Virus record (IMG/VR): IMGVR_UViG_3300035517_000267
Span: 67,521-131,520 of that record
Direction: 5' to 3' (one strand)
Source: a virus
Lineage: Duplodnaviria; Heunggongvirae; Uroviricota; Caudoviricetes
DNA length: 64,000 nucleotides
Below the pieces are notes generated by a model, which saw nothing but the letters and a program-made list of their open reading frames with translations, was not told the origin of the DNA and did no database searches. Below, piece after piece: positions 38,722-48,387 of the stretch. Numbering within the stretch: position 1 is the stretch's first letter; each line of letters begins with the position of its first letter. The translations under genes and the position numbers were made by a program.

Positions 38722-39258
38722 TTATTCTTCCTCGATAAAGTATATTATATAACACTCACAATCAGGATGATAGGGAGGGAGTCGAGAGAGGTCAAAATCC
38801 TTAATAGGTATTTTCACGCCTAATGGGGTCTCATCTCCGCAAACTTCGCAAGCTGGTTCTGCATCATTAGCAATTTCTACATATTTTGCTTTATCTTTTA
38901 AAATGTAATACATTAAATGATTAAGAACTGTGTTGTTTTCAGTTATAAGTATTCTTGTTATAACAAAGAGATAATACATTTTATCTTGTCTATATCTATT
39001 ATATGAAACAACCCTTTCTTCTAATGTCTTACCATCTTCGTGATAAACAAGAGAATCAAGGGGCGGTTTAGGAGTCGTCTTTAAATTATACTCTTTTTTT
39101 ACTTTTTGAATAGTTGAAGAATATGTTTTTTCAAGAGAAAGATATATCTGTTCAATAATCTCTTTATAAACTTCTTTTTTGTCAGAAAGAATTAACTTAG
39201 CAATTTCTTCAAGATAGTGGTCTCGCTCTTTGCGGACTTCGGTAACTATTTTTTTCAT
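38722..39258 (-). CDS. hypothetical protein with a C-terminal zinc ribbon
   Basis: C-terminal CEVCGDE...HPDCEC. Confidence 0.4.
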   Translation of the reverse strand: MKKIVTEVRKERDHYLEEIAKLILSDKKEVYKEIIEQIYLSLEKTYSSTIQKVKKEYNLKTTPKPPLDSLVYHEDGKTLEERVVSYNRYRQDKMYYLFVITRILITENNTVLNHLMYYILKDKAKYVEIANDAEPACEVCGDETPLGVKIPIKDFDLSRLPPYHPDCECYIIYFIEEE

Positions 39259-39417
39259 ATCTTACCTCCTAGGGTATGGCGGCGGGGGACGGTACTGACC
39301 CGTCTTCCAAGCTTTTAGAGAGCCTTGCATTACCTTTATGCTACCCCGCATTTTCTAATTCTATTATACAGGAAAAATTTCATAAAGTCAAAAAAAAGAG
39401 AGGGTTTATTCCCTCTC

Positions 39418-39858
39418 TTAGAAAATAGCTTCTTCAAAGCCGTCTCGTTCAGTTCTATAAGGCTTGATGGTATTACAAAGTATATTCAAACAAATTTGCA
39501 TCAATACTTTAATTTTTTGTGAAGTTTCATCTATTGCCAAAGCTTCTAAAAGAGTATCACAAACGCTACAACTTCCATAACTAATCCACGTCATAAGATA
39601 ATCTTCGTGCGTAGGCTGGTAAGTCTCAAAAGGAAGAAGATAAAGCAACGTACCTTGATAATCTCCATTATCTATCTCAGTAATTCCGTCTATATAGATA
39701 TTATAAGCTTCCCAGCTTTCATCATTATAAACTCGTTCAAAAGCAATTTCAACTAGATCTTTGTAAGTTATATAGTCATTCTCCAACAAATGTTGAGACA
39801 AGGCATATTCCAATTTATCTTTGTTCCTGTCCCATTTCTCCTTGATAATATTTAGCAT
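39418..39858 (-). CDS. hypothetical protein
   Basis: 146-aa ORF, no recognisable motif. Confidence 0.4.
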   Translation of the reverse strand: MLNIIKEKWDRNKDKLEYALSQHLLENDYITYKDLVEIAFERVYNDESWEAYNIYIDGITEIDNGDYQGTLLYLLPFETYQPTHEDYLMTWISYGSCSVCDTLLEALAIDETSQKIKVLMQICLNILCNTIKPYRTERDGFEEAIF

Positions 39859-40079
39859 AATTCTTCTCCCCTATGTTCGTGCATCAATATATTTATATAT
39901 TTTCGTTCATCAGCGGTGCAACAATCAAGATAAAAACCATATTTTTTACAAAGCGCAGCCTGAGCTTTCAAATTATCATCACATTCAGGATGCCTCGCTA
40001 ATTCTATAGCAACCATATCAAGTAGCGCAAAGTAAGGCGGCATAATTTTACTCCTTAACAAAATCCATAATATTATCAA
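39852..40079 (-). CDS. hypothetical protein
   Basis: 75-aa ORF, no recognisable motif. Confidence 0.3.
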   Translation of the reverse strand: MIILWILLRSKIMPPYFALLDMVAIELARHPECDDNLKAQAALCKKYGFYLDCCTADERKYINILMHEHRGEELC

Positions 40080-40257
40080 TCGTAATAAAAGAAAGTGCGG
40101 AAGTTATGCTTAGTAGCGCAAACAACCACGATGAGCAAAACTTATAGGCACCATTTCCGCAAATTCTCCCTTTTGCGCAAGAGTATTTATTACTGTTCGG
40201 TAGTTTGTACATTATTATCAGTGGTTTCATCCTCATTTGTTTCGACCCACTTCCCAT
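40048..40257 (-). CDS. hypothetical small membrane protein
   Basis: 69-aa ORF with one hydrophobic stretch (FALLSITSALSFITI). Confidence 0.3.
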   Translation of the reverse strand: MGSGSKQMRMKPLIIMYKLPNSNKYSCAKGRICGNGAYKFCSSWLFALLSITSALSFITIDNIMDFVKE

Positions 40258-40284
40258 CTTTGTAGATTTTAACGTCCATGTTTT

Positions 40285-40953
40285 TCAACTCCCTTCACTC
40301 AAACAGTCTAGTATAACTGGTATATTCTGATAATAGCCAATATTTTGTCCATGTAAATCGCCCAACTCTACCTTGTCACAAAATTCTATAAAATGATTAA
40401 AGTATTTCATTCCAAATACATCCACTATTGCTTGTCCCCATGAAAGATCGCTCAAATATCCTCTTATTGCATGAAAATCGGCTATTTCATCTGATTTGGG
40501 GTCTTGAATAGGTGCAGCAAGATAGTTTTCTATAGTACAAGGAAAAGATTTATAATGTGGAATATCTATTGCAAAAGTTTTAACTTTTGGCTGAATTTCT
40601 AGGTAATCAAACTCTGGCTCTTCAATGTAGGTTGTTGGAAGATAAGTATCAAGCGGAAAAAACCAAGTATCGAGAAAAAGGTCACTGAGATTTTCTTCCC
40701 AAGCTTTTTGATAGGTTCCTATTTCGGCAGAAGTATTATTATTTACGCTACAAAATTTAATAACAAAGTTTGCAGAAAGGTTATAACACTCTTTATAGGC
40801 TCCAAAAGCCAAGAGATTAAACTCTTCATCGGGGGGTAGCTGTTTCTTAATTATTTTATTGATTTTTTCTTCCGAAGCTATAAGTTCACGTTTTTCTTTT
40901 TCACTTAGGTTGTAGCTTGCTACAATTTGTTCTATCACATTAGAATAAGTCAT
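40285..40953 (-). CDS. hypothetical protein
   Basis: 222-aa ORF with the conserved promoter and terminator upstream. Confidence 0.4.
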   Translation of the reverse strand: MTYSNVIEQIVASYNLSEKEKRELIASEEKINKIIKKQLPPDEEFNLLAFGAYKECYNLSANFVIKFCSVNNNTSAEIGTYQKAWEENLSDLFLDTWFFPLDTYLPTTYIEEPEFDYLEIQPKVKTFAIDIPHYKSFPCTIENYLAAPIQDPKSDEIADFHAIRGYLSDLSWGQAIVDVFGMKYFNHFIEFCDKVELGDLHGQNIGYYQNIPVILDCLSEGS

Positions 40954-40973
40954 ATGATAAACCTCTTTTTTAT

Positions 40974-41015
40974 TTTCTATATATATTATAATATATTTTT
41001 ATAAAAAAGTAAAAA
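40974..41015 (-). promoter_or_regulatory. conserved promoter copy
   Basis: Plus strand ttttctatatatattataatatatttttataaaaaagtaaaaaag. Confidence 0.6.
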
Positions 41016-41039
41016 AGCTCTCTGTTGCCAGAGAGCTTA
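41014..41039 (-). terminator. rho-independent terminator
   Basis: agctctctgttgccagagagct hairpin. Confidence 0.55.
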
Positions 41040-41351
41040 CCTAAAAGTTCCTTTTTTGAGAAAGATTATTATTTTATGCAAATATTGTCTAACAAACTTA
41101 AAAAAATTTATTTCTGTATACTGCTTGCAATAAGGACACATTATATCAAAATAAGAATCTAACGTATCATCAAGAGTATAATTAAATTCTTTACCACATT
41201 TTCTACATTTGGTATGCCATTTAACTGTACGATTTATATATCTGCCTACTTCTGCTTTGTTATTAGGAATGGGCGTGCTACATTTAGGACAGCGAACAGT
41301 AGTCTCAGAATGGGGAACCAGTTCACCGCACCAATAACAAATATCATTCAT
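41037..41351 (-). CDS. zinc-ribbon protein
   Basis: CYWCGE...CPKCS...CRKCGK...CPYCKQ. Confidence 0.4.
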   Translation of the reverse strand: MNDICYWCGELVPHSETTVRCPKCSTPIPNNKAEVGRYINRTVKWHTKCRKCGKEFNYTLDDTLDSYFDIMCPYCKQYTEINFFKFVRQYLHKIIIFLKKGTFR

Positions 41352-41650
41352 TGGTTTACCTCAATACAAATATAATTTCTAAGAGGAACAGTTATCTGAT
41401 ATTGATCAGCAATAGTCTCAATATCTTGTTCTACTCCATTGAGAATAGGAACACTAAGTTTTTCCACACTATAGTAATGATTGTGGTCAAGAAATATAAT
41501 TGTATAACCAAGTAGCCACTCAGGGTGCGGGCTTCGCCTATCCGAGCAATGCAAGTAGCTTCTTGCAAGAGGATCAGTCTGGATTTCAGCTGCTTGCTGT
41601 TCAGAAATAAGGTATCCACGCACGATTCGTGGTTCTATATGAAGTGCCAT
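41348..41650 (-). CDS. hypothetical protein
   Basis: 100-aa ORF, no recognisable motif. Confidence 0.35.
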   Translation of the reverse strand: MALHIEPRIVRGYLISEQQAAEIQTDPLARSYLHCSDRRSPHPEWLLGYTIIFLDHNHYYSVEKLSVPILNGVEQDIETIADQYQITVPLRNYICIEVNQ

Positions 41651-41721
41651 TAATCGTTTCGACTCCTTTTTCTAATTTACAAATATATTATACTATAATT
41701 ATCCATTATTTGCAAAAAAAA

Positions 41722-41752
41722 GAAGTGGGGCAGAACCTAGGCTCTAACCCCA
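41722..41752 (-). terminator. rho-independent terminator after the fibre gene
   Basis: gtggggcagaacctaggctctaaccccac hairpin followed by a T9 run on the minus strand. Confidence 0.6.
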
Positions 41753-41769
41753 CTAAGAAAGGAGATAAA

Positions 41770-42936
41770 TTATGTAATACTGCTAATAGTCCCCCATGAC
41801 ACAGGAACCGCAGTCGAATCAATACCCAATAGATGATATTGAGAACTATATATAAAGTAAGCTATATCGCCAGCGTTGATTATTCCAGCAGTAATTGCTT
41901 TACCCTAATAATAAATAGATTTTGCGCCTTTATTATTAACATTTAATGTTGCACTTGCAGGAACATCATATGTAAATTTGACAGCTACAACGCCTCCAGT
42001 GGCTAAAGAATAGCTTGAAAGACTTGCGACTTTTGCCGCAGTAGCAGCAGCAGTAGAACAAGTAGCATAACCTTGACCTAAAGAAGCATTAGAGTATGTA
42101 CTATTAACATCACCTGTTACCCACCAGCCAGTATAACTAGTTCCACTTATTGTTAAACTAGAAAAGTAAGTTAACGTAATCAAATAGTTGACAGGATAAT
42201 GAGTAGTTAATCTTGTAGTACCATTGCGATAACAATTAATAGCACCAGTGGTACTTCCATCTGCTAAAGTTAATTCCAAAGTAACATTAGTGCTACTGGG
42301 ACTAGTATAAGGAAGCCAATAGTTAATTGTTAAGCCATCATAAAGAGCTTTTACACTAGAAAGAACTCCAGTCCAAGCTGCTGTAGAAGCTGTTTGTGTA
42401 CCTATAACGTAACGATTTTCTTGTACATCAATGGAAACATTAGAAGAGCCATCAAATGAAGCAGAACCTGAAAATCCATTATCTAAACTTATTGTGCGGG
42501 CGGTGGCAAGTTTATCAATACCACTCCATGTGCCATCACTTTTTAGATAATTGGAAGTTTGATTCTTGGTGGGTGCAGGCACTAAACCTCTGGTTCCCGC
42601 AGAAGAAGAGGTCGCTCCAGTGAAAGTTTCTACATTATTCTGAACTACCGTCCAGTCAGAAGCTTTGTATGAGGATGAATAATCTGAAATACAAATTATC
42701 ATATCTCCATTTTCCACTGTACCTACACTTGATATAGTAAAGGCGGCTGAGGCTTTGTAAGTCCAGCCTATTTTATAATTGGTTAAACCAGTAATTCCGG
42801 CAGCACTAGAAACTGTTCCCTTAAAGATTAAACTAGATGCAAGAGTCGTCTCAACTGCAGTAAGGCGATCTCTTGCATCCTGATCTTTAATGTCGTAAGT
42901 GGTACTGCCGAGTTTAATCTTAGAAATGTCAGCCAC
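41770..42936 (-). CDS. fibre protein paralog (conserved N-terminal anchor, Ser/Thr-rich shaft); one in-frame TAG at 41905-41907 extends it to the TAA at about 41770
   Basis: N-terminal MADISKIKLGSTTYDIKD matches the next gene's MADLLSKIKIGTTTYDIKD. After the TAG the frame continues for 44 codons (GKAITAGIINAGDIAYFIY...) to a TAA followed by a rho-independent terminator. Confidence 0.55.
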
Positions 42937-42961
42937 TTACTTACACCTTCTTAAAACTTAA

Positions 42962-44224
42962 TTACGAAACAGAAACGCTCTTGGACGAAGTGGTAAGAGT
43001 CGGGGTAATCGTTGCCTTAGTACCGGTAAGAGTGCTGGAAGCGGAAGTTGCTTTATCATACTTACCAGAGACAGAGACGGAACCAGAAGTACCGGAGAAA
43101 GTTGCAGAAACAGTGTCACTGTCGCCAGTGAAAGTAGCTGCAAAACGATCGCCAGTAAACTCAGGAGCACTAGCAGTGGCAGATTTAATGCCAGTTGCTG
43201 CAGTAATCGCAGTACCAAGAGTCGGCAGAGTGCCAGCAGAGAAGGTACCATCGGTGAAAGAACCAGCCTTGAAACCAGTAGAGGTTAATGCGTTAGCAGT
43301 AGAAGCAGTGCCAATAACTAAGGTTTCATCACTAACCGTAGCAGTTACACCAGAAGTTGCAAAAGCACTCTTGGCTTCAGTCACAGACGGAGCCGTCCAA
43401 GAAGCTGCTGTGTAGCTGGGAAGTGTACCAACAGAAGTCACATTAGGAACGGAAGTGGTATTCACACTAACACTAATCGTAGGAGCGCTAACACTACCAG
43501 AAATAGCAACGCCATCAGTCGTGCTAGTAGTCTTGGCAATAGAGACCGTGCCAGTCGGAGTTACAGTACCACTAATAGTACCAGCCGGAGTGAAACTACC
43601 GGTAGAAGTTATGCTAGTTGCGGTATTGGCAATAGACGTTGTAACAGAACCTGCCGGAGTATAATCAACGCCAGTAATACCAGTAACGTAATCACTTAAA
43701 GTACCAGAAGCAGTATCCTTATAAGCAAGGGCTTTGAGACCAAGAGCAGTCTTAAGAGCGTCCGCAGAAATATTCTCACTCAGAGCAAGACCGGCAACTG
43801 TGCGGGTAGTGGGAACATAGCCATCAAGACCAAGGTTAGTGTCACCAATCTTCTCGAAAGAATAGGTGTAAGAACCTTCAGTACCGCTACGCAGGGTGAT
43901 GTACTCAGCGTAAACGTCATTGCCAGTGGCACCAGAAATAGCAACAAGATAAATTCTATACATCGTATCAGCAGAAGCCGTGGGAAGAGTAGTAACGACC
44001 TCATACTCAAACTGATTAATCTTGCCAACTGCAGAATCAACATAACTCTTGACTGCTGCAGTAGTAGCAACGCCAGTAGCAGAATCAGTAACAGTAGCAT
44101 CTGCAGCCTTGTAAGCAGCAGTACCAAGCTTACCAATTTCAGTTTCTAAGTTAGAACGAGCAGTTGCGTCCTTTATGTCATAAGTTGTAGTACCAATTTT
44201 AATTTTAGATAATAAATCAGCCAT
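42962..44224 (-). CDS. fibre protein (Ala/Thr/Ser/Gly-rich); GC-rich gene
   Basis: Same N-terminal 20-aa motif as the gene at 41770-42936. About 50% GC against a genome background near 33%. Confidence 0.55.
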   Translation of the reverse strand: MADLLSKIKIGTTTYDIKDATARSNLETEIGKLGTAAYKAADATVTDSATGVATTAAVKSYVDSAVGKINQFEYEVVTTLPTASADTMYRIYLVAISGATGNDVYAEYITLRSGTEGSYTYSFEKIGDTNLGLDGYVPTTRTVAGLALSENISADALKTALGLKALAYKDTASGTLSDYVTGITGVDYTPAGSVTTSIANTATSITSTGSFTPAGTISGTVTPTGTVSIAKTTSTTDGVAISGSVSAPTISVSVNTTSVPNVTSVGTLPSYTAASWTAPSVTEAKSAFATSGVTATVSDETLVIGTASTANALTSTGFKAGSFTDGTFSAGTLPTLGTAITAATGIKSATASAPEFTGDRFAATFTGDSDTVSATFSGTSGSVSVSGKYDKATSASSTLTGTKATITPTLTTSSKSVSVS

Positions 44225-44243
44225 GTTTTAATTCCTCCAAAAT

Positions 44244-44738
44244 TTAAGAAATAATTAATTCTTCATTTTCTGCATCAAGAGAAACTTCTACCTTTTTCTT
44301 TAAAGCAGAAGAGATGGCATATTGTGTCATAGTACCATCCTCATTATTGCCGGTAGTTGTATATAATTTCATTATACCTGCCACTTCAGCAGTTGCCGCA
44401 GGAACAGCAGAAATATAATTACTACCATTATAATGATAAATTTCTCCATCAATTGCATCAATGTAGAGTTTATTTGTAGAACCTTGAATTATATTCAAAT
44501 GTTCTGCTTCTTTATAAAAAGCTCCCTCATAAAAGTAAGCTCTTATAAGTAAATTATCAATGAAATCAAGATCGCCAAAGGTAGAAACGCCATCGCCGCA
44601 AACTGCACGAAGCCCATCTGCGGAGGTATCTACCAAACATACTTCTCCATTTGCTGGAATAAAAGTATCTGCAATTTTCGCATAATTGAAATCATTGTCG
44701 CGTCTTAATCGGAGGATGGCATTAATTTGTTGTCCCAT
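44244..44738 (-). CDS. tail-fibre-repeat-like protein
   Basis: GDGVSTFGDLDFIDN, a phage-tail-fibre-repeat-like motif. Confidence 0.4.
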   Translation of the reverse strand: MGQQINAILRLRRDNDFNYAKIADTFIPANGEVCLVDTSADGLRAVCGDGVSTFGDLDFIDNLLIRAYFYEGAFYKEAEHLNIIQGSTNKLYIDAIDGEIYHYNGSNYISAVPAATAEVAGIMKLYTTTGNNEDGTMTQYAISSALKKKVEVSLDAENEELIIS

Positions 44739-44753
44739 TTAAATTCCTCCTAG

Positions 44754-45119
44754 TTAGACTAGATCTGTGGCAGAGCCACCATATAAAACTAAAGTGTCAA
44801 CCCATTTAAGATTGTTATCCTCGCCCTTTTGCAGGATTTGACCCGGTTCCGCGTCAGTAAAACCAGATATTAAAATACTGCCATCATCTGCTTTAACCAA
44901 ATTCCCATTATCTGTTATTTTAAAGTTACCTTCAAAATAATCTAAGTCCTTCCAAGCAGTGGCGCCATCACCAACCTTAAATTGGTTTCCACCTTCATCA
45001 AAGCAAATTTGTCCGGCAAGAGGAATAAAACTATCTTCAAAAGAACCTCTTAAAGTATCTCTATCTTTAATAAGTTCCCATAATGTTTTTAATCCTTCTT
45101 GATTAAGAAATTTAGACAT
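44754..45119 (-). CDS. tail-fibre-repeat-like protein
   Basis: N-terminal LNQEGLKTLWELIK is paralogous to the gene at 45137-45946; contains GDGATAWKDLDYFEG. Confidence 0.4.
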   Translation of the reverse strand: MSKFLNQEGLKTLWELIKDRDTLRGSFEDSFIPLAGQICFDEGGNQFKVGDGATAWKDLDYFEGNFKITDNGNLVKADDGSILISGFTDAEPGQILQKGEDNNLKWVDTLVLYGGSATDLV

Positions 45120-45136
45120 TTATTTGTCCTCCTTTC

Positions 45137-45946
45137 TTATACACAAATTTCGTTGATTTCTTCCTCAGTTAAAGCCTCGGGAATCTCGCTCTTAATAGCT
45201 TCGATATCCTTCTTTACAGCGACTTCATGGTCAGGGTCATCTGCAACATAATCTTCCGCAGCCTTATCCTCTGCGTTATGATAAAACATACCCTTTTGAT
45301 ACACATTTAAGCGGCTGCCTATCCAGTTGCCATTAACCTCTTTATCTGCATAAATCTGTGCGACCATGCCATCTGCGCCGCCATCATTCACACCAACAAA
45401 AGATTCAGTACCATCGGTATGGACATACTTAGCGCCGCCGCCATCACCTTCATTGAAGATAAGACCTTCACCATTAGTACCCTTGACGCTTTGAGTGGTT
45501 TTCTTGGCAACTTCAGTATCAACATACTCTATAGTAGCATAGGCACTCAGGTCTATAATACCAGAGAGATTATCCCAGGAATCACCAGTCCAAACAACAT
45601 TATCTCCAGCCTTGATACCATTTTCATCATCTGCGGCGACCACATTATAGACATCGCCAACCGTTAAGTCATCAGTAGGCAGTTCCGCATAGGTATCAAC
45701 ACTGCCCTTAAAAGTGAAAACTTTAGTGATTTCCGCGGTTGCTTCATCAATTTGAGATTGAAGAGCTTCAATAGTATCCTTTAATTCTTCCTTGGATTCA
45801 TAATTACCAAGAATTTCAACAAGTTCGGTAGAAGTCTTATAGTCTTTAAGAGCGGTAGAAATGTCTTCGGAAGTAGCCGCATATTCTTTAATCTTAGCCC
45901 ATAAAAGCTTTAAGCCTTCTTGATCTAAAATCTTAGCCATTGTCAA
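45137..45946 (-). CDS. structural protein (fibre or decoration paralog)
   Basis: N-terminal LDQEGLKLLWAKIK is paralogous to the gene at 44754-45119. Confidence 0.4.
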   Translation of the reverse strand: MTMAKILDQEGLKLLWAKIKEYAATSEDISTALKDYKTSTELVEILGNYESKEELKDTIEALQSQIDEATAEITKVFTFKGSVDTYAELPTDDLTVGDVYNVVAADDENGIKAGDNVVWTGDSWDNLSGIIDLSAYATIEYVDTEVAKKTTQSVKGTNGEGLIFNEGDGGGAKYVHTDGTESFVGVNDGGADGMVAQIYADKEVNGNWIGSRLNVYQKGMFYHNAEDKAAEDYVADDPDHEVAVKKDIEAIKSEIPEALTEEEINEICV

Positions 45947-45979
45947 TTACTCCTTTTATATAAGAATTGAATTAACTTC

Positions 45980-46309
45980 CTATTCAGTCATAGGAATATC
46001 TTTATCAACCCACTCAAGAGTTCCAGTAGAACCCTTTGAAGGGATTTGACCAACGGAAGCAGTGTCGAAGCCATATAATTCAGCTTTAGACCCTGATAAA
46101 ACAAGGCTTTTACCATCAACAGAGAGAGTGGCTTCTCCACCGAAATACTGTAAATTATTCCACGCAGTTTTGCCATTGCCAATTTTGAGTTTACCTGTAT
46201 CTAATTCATAGCCAGGCTCAGCTTCGGCAAGAATAGGATTTACATTTTTCCAGTCTGCGGCATTACCACGCTTAAATTTAAAAGTAGTAGTATAAACAGT
46301 TGTAGCCAT
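45980..46309 (-). CDS. tail-fibre-repeat-like protein
   Basis: GNGKTAWNNLQYFGG motif. Confidence 0.4.
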   Translation of the reverse strand: MATTVYTTTFKFKRGNAADWKNVNPILAEAEPGYELDTGKLKIGNGKTAWNNLQYFGGEATLSVDGKSLVLSGSKAELYGFDTASVGQIPSKGSTGTLEWVDKDIPMTE

Positions 46310-46323
46310 AATTTTTCACTTCC

Positions 46324-46641
46324 TTAAACGGTGCCGCCGTCATAAATGGTATCAGTTCCGGAGCTAGAGGAAACATTACCGCCATCATATATAATATTTC
46401 CACCACTGGAAGTACCGCCACTGTCTGGCTGTAAAATCCACTGATGGAAGTTATTAAGCATATATGTATTACCAGTTTCTACCACTTTAGCGGTACTGCC
46501 TGCACTCTTGTTTACAGGGAGATCCGCAATATCAGATTCGTAGTCACATATATATACTCCAATATTATAAAATGACTGCTTACCTGTATTTCTTCCTATT
46601 GTAATCATTTGATATTCTCCTTCCCTAATAGATTCGTTCAT
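46324..46641 (-). CDS. small structural protein, paralogous to the gene at 56222-56407
   Basis: Shared motif YICDYESDIADLPVNKSAGSTAKVV against YVCDSDSDIMNLPTDIPMGSTAFVI. Confidence 0.4.
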   Translation of the reverse strand: MNESIREGEYQMITIGRNTGKQSFYNIGVYICDYESDIADLPVNKSAGSTAKVVETGNTYMLNNFHQWILQPDSGGTSSGGNIIYDGGNVSSSSGTDTIYDGGTV

Positions 46642-46686
46642 AAAGTATAAATTTTACTTTAATAAGATTTTCCTTTTTTTGTCCTG

Positions 46687-46986
46687 TTACTTACCTTTAT
46701 AATATTTATACCATTCTCTATATAGTTTTTCTTTATCGGGAAAAGGAACATTATATTGCCACATCCACTCGTGCCAATGGCGTACTTGACTTGCATAATA
46801 TTCTTCAAAAGATGTTCCTACCACTTGATAATCGCATATATCATACGTCATAAAATTTTTGCGGTAAGCGTTATGTTGTAGCTCGTTATCAAGCTTATTT
46901 CGTCTTAATTTGCGGTTTGCATATTTCTTGTAGGCTCGATCTTTGCGCATTCCCGCACGAGGGGTTTTTTTATAAGAGCGACTCAT
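46687..46986 (-). CDS. highly basic small protein
   Basis: Lys/Arg-rich N-terminus; terminator hairpin and an AAGGAGGTAAGATAATG ribosome-binding site upstream. Confidence 0.4.
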   Translation of the reverse strand: MSRSYKKTPRAGMRKDRAYKKYANRKLRRNKLDNELQHNAYRKNFMTYDICDYQVVGTSFEEYYASQVRHWHEWMWQYNVPFPDKEKLYREWYKYYKGK

Positions 46987-47088
46987 TATCTTACCTCCTT
47001 AATAAAAAAGGCGGAGCATAAGCCCCGCCCATAACGTAATAGCACAATAAAACACATATGAATCAAGCAACTGCGAGCTAAACTCGCT

Positions 47089-47269
47089 TGGTAGTCGGTA
47101 CGGGATTCGAACCCGTGACTTCAGCGTTGGAACTAAAAATAAGATTTGAACTTACATCTTTGACCACTCTTCGTCTGAATAAAATCTTATTTCAAATTCA
47201 AAAAGTCAATATTTTTCTTTAAACTATTTTAGCGAAAGGCTGATGACTTAACCTCTTGTCGAACCGACC
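47089..47269 (-). tRNA. tRNA-Glu (UUC) gene interrupted in the anticodon loop by a 106-nt tRNA-like insert (47128-47233)
   Basis: 5' half GGTCGGTTCGACAAGAGGTTAAGTCATCAGC-CTTTC, and 3' half AC-GCTGAAGTCACGGGTTCGAATCCCGTACCGACTACCA. Acceptor (7 bp), D arm, anticodon stem TCAGC/GCTGA, a 4-nt variable loop, canonical T loop TTCGAAT and CCA are all present. The predicted spliced loop CTTTCAC reads UUC. Confidence 0.55.
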
Positions 47270-47687
47270 ATATATAGCTTTTGTTTTAAAAGGAAGCTAT
47301 AAGAAACCTTTGTGATAAGAACCAGAGACTTATCACCCTCACATTTACCCCTGCGATTTTCCCTAGGACTGGGGGATCTTTCCTTTCAGCTTTTTACCCA
47401 GAACTCGAAAGAAAGATATAAATACAAACTGGCTATATTGTTTATAGACTACTAGAAGTCTTAAGATTTTTTGGCTAAATCTTATAACCGTCGCCTTAAG
47501 TAGGTCAAAGCTACAAAAAACCTGTTTTAAAGAGTTTTCTTTCTCCATTAGAGTGAATGACACTATAGATAATTCCCTACAATCTAGATATAATAATTTC
47601 TTTTAATCGAGAAAGAATTAATAAGAAAGAATAACTACAATATTGTAAGTACGTTCCCATTGTTTAAATCCTAGAACGCCAAGGATT

Positions 47688-47774
47688 TGGTGCGAGCGGC
47701 GGGACTCGAACCCGCACGTCCTTGTGGACACGAGATTTTAAGTCTCGGGTGTCTACCACTTCCACCACGCTCGC
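47688..47774 (-). tRNA. tRNA-Leu (UAA), type II
   Basis: GCGAGCGTGGTGGAAGTGGTAGACACCCGAGACTTAAAATCTCGTGTCCACAAGGACGTGCGGGTTCGAGTCCCGCCGCTCGCACCA; anticodon loop CTTAAAA; long variable arm; CCA encoded. Confidence 0.8.
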
Positions 47775-48387
47775 TTATATTTTATGAAAGACCCCTTCGG
47801 GTTGCTATCTGTTCAATCGTAGCTATATTCAGTCAATAGGGAGACAAGAGTGTGCCTAGAGGAGCTACCTCTAAACAGCTTGCCCCAGCTTAGAGCCAAG
47901 TCCCATGGGAGATTGGTTACTCCCAACTTTCACCCACCATTCACATCTTGTATCTGTTAAAACCATTAACATAAAAATTTGATGTAATCTTGGCAGACCA
48001 TTTGGGCTACTCGTACTGTGACCTTATCTTATACACCGATTTCTCGGCTTCAACTGCCAAGTTCCTTAGTGACATTCCAAGGTTTGCAAAAACTGTCACA
48101 TTTTTACCTAACTTGGATTCTTCTCCACAGGAGCGTCTATTGCGGAACCGATAAGACCATACTTTTAACTGCGATTGTGATAGTGCCTTTCTTCCTACAG
48201 AGCTAAAGTTCTTTAGCCTCAACCCAACCTCACGAATTGAGCCGATACAAGATTGCTAGGGTATCCTCTAGTACCTTGCTACTTACGGAAGAAGCCTCAG
48301 CACAATGGCGTTTGTCTACACTGAGTTCTTTCATAATATTTTGTCATTCTTATTTATGTATAGATGGAGAATAACAAAACCACCTTT

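Noticed and set aside
42981-43664. Plus-strand ORFs (144 aa and 69 aa) and minus-strand alternative-frame ORFs (42958-43251, 43780-44136) inside the fibre gene.
   Set aside because: Alternative-frame artefacts of a GC-rich Ala/Thr/Val-repeat gene. Leu/Pro/Val-rich translations, no ribosome-binding sites.
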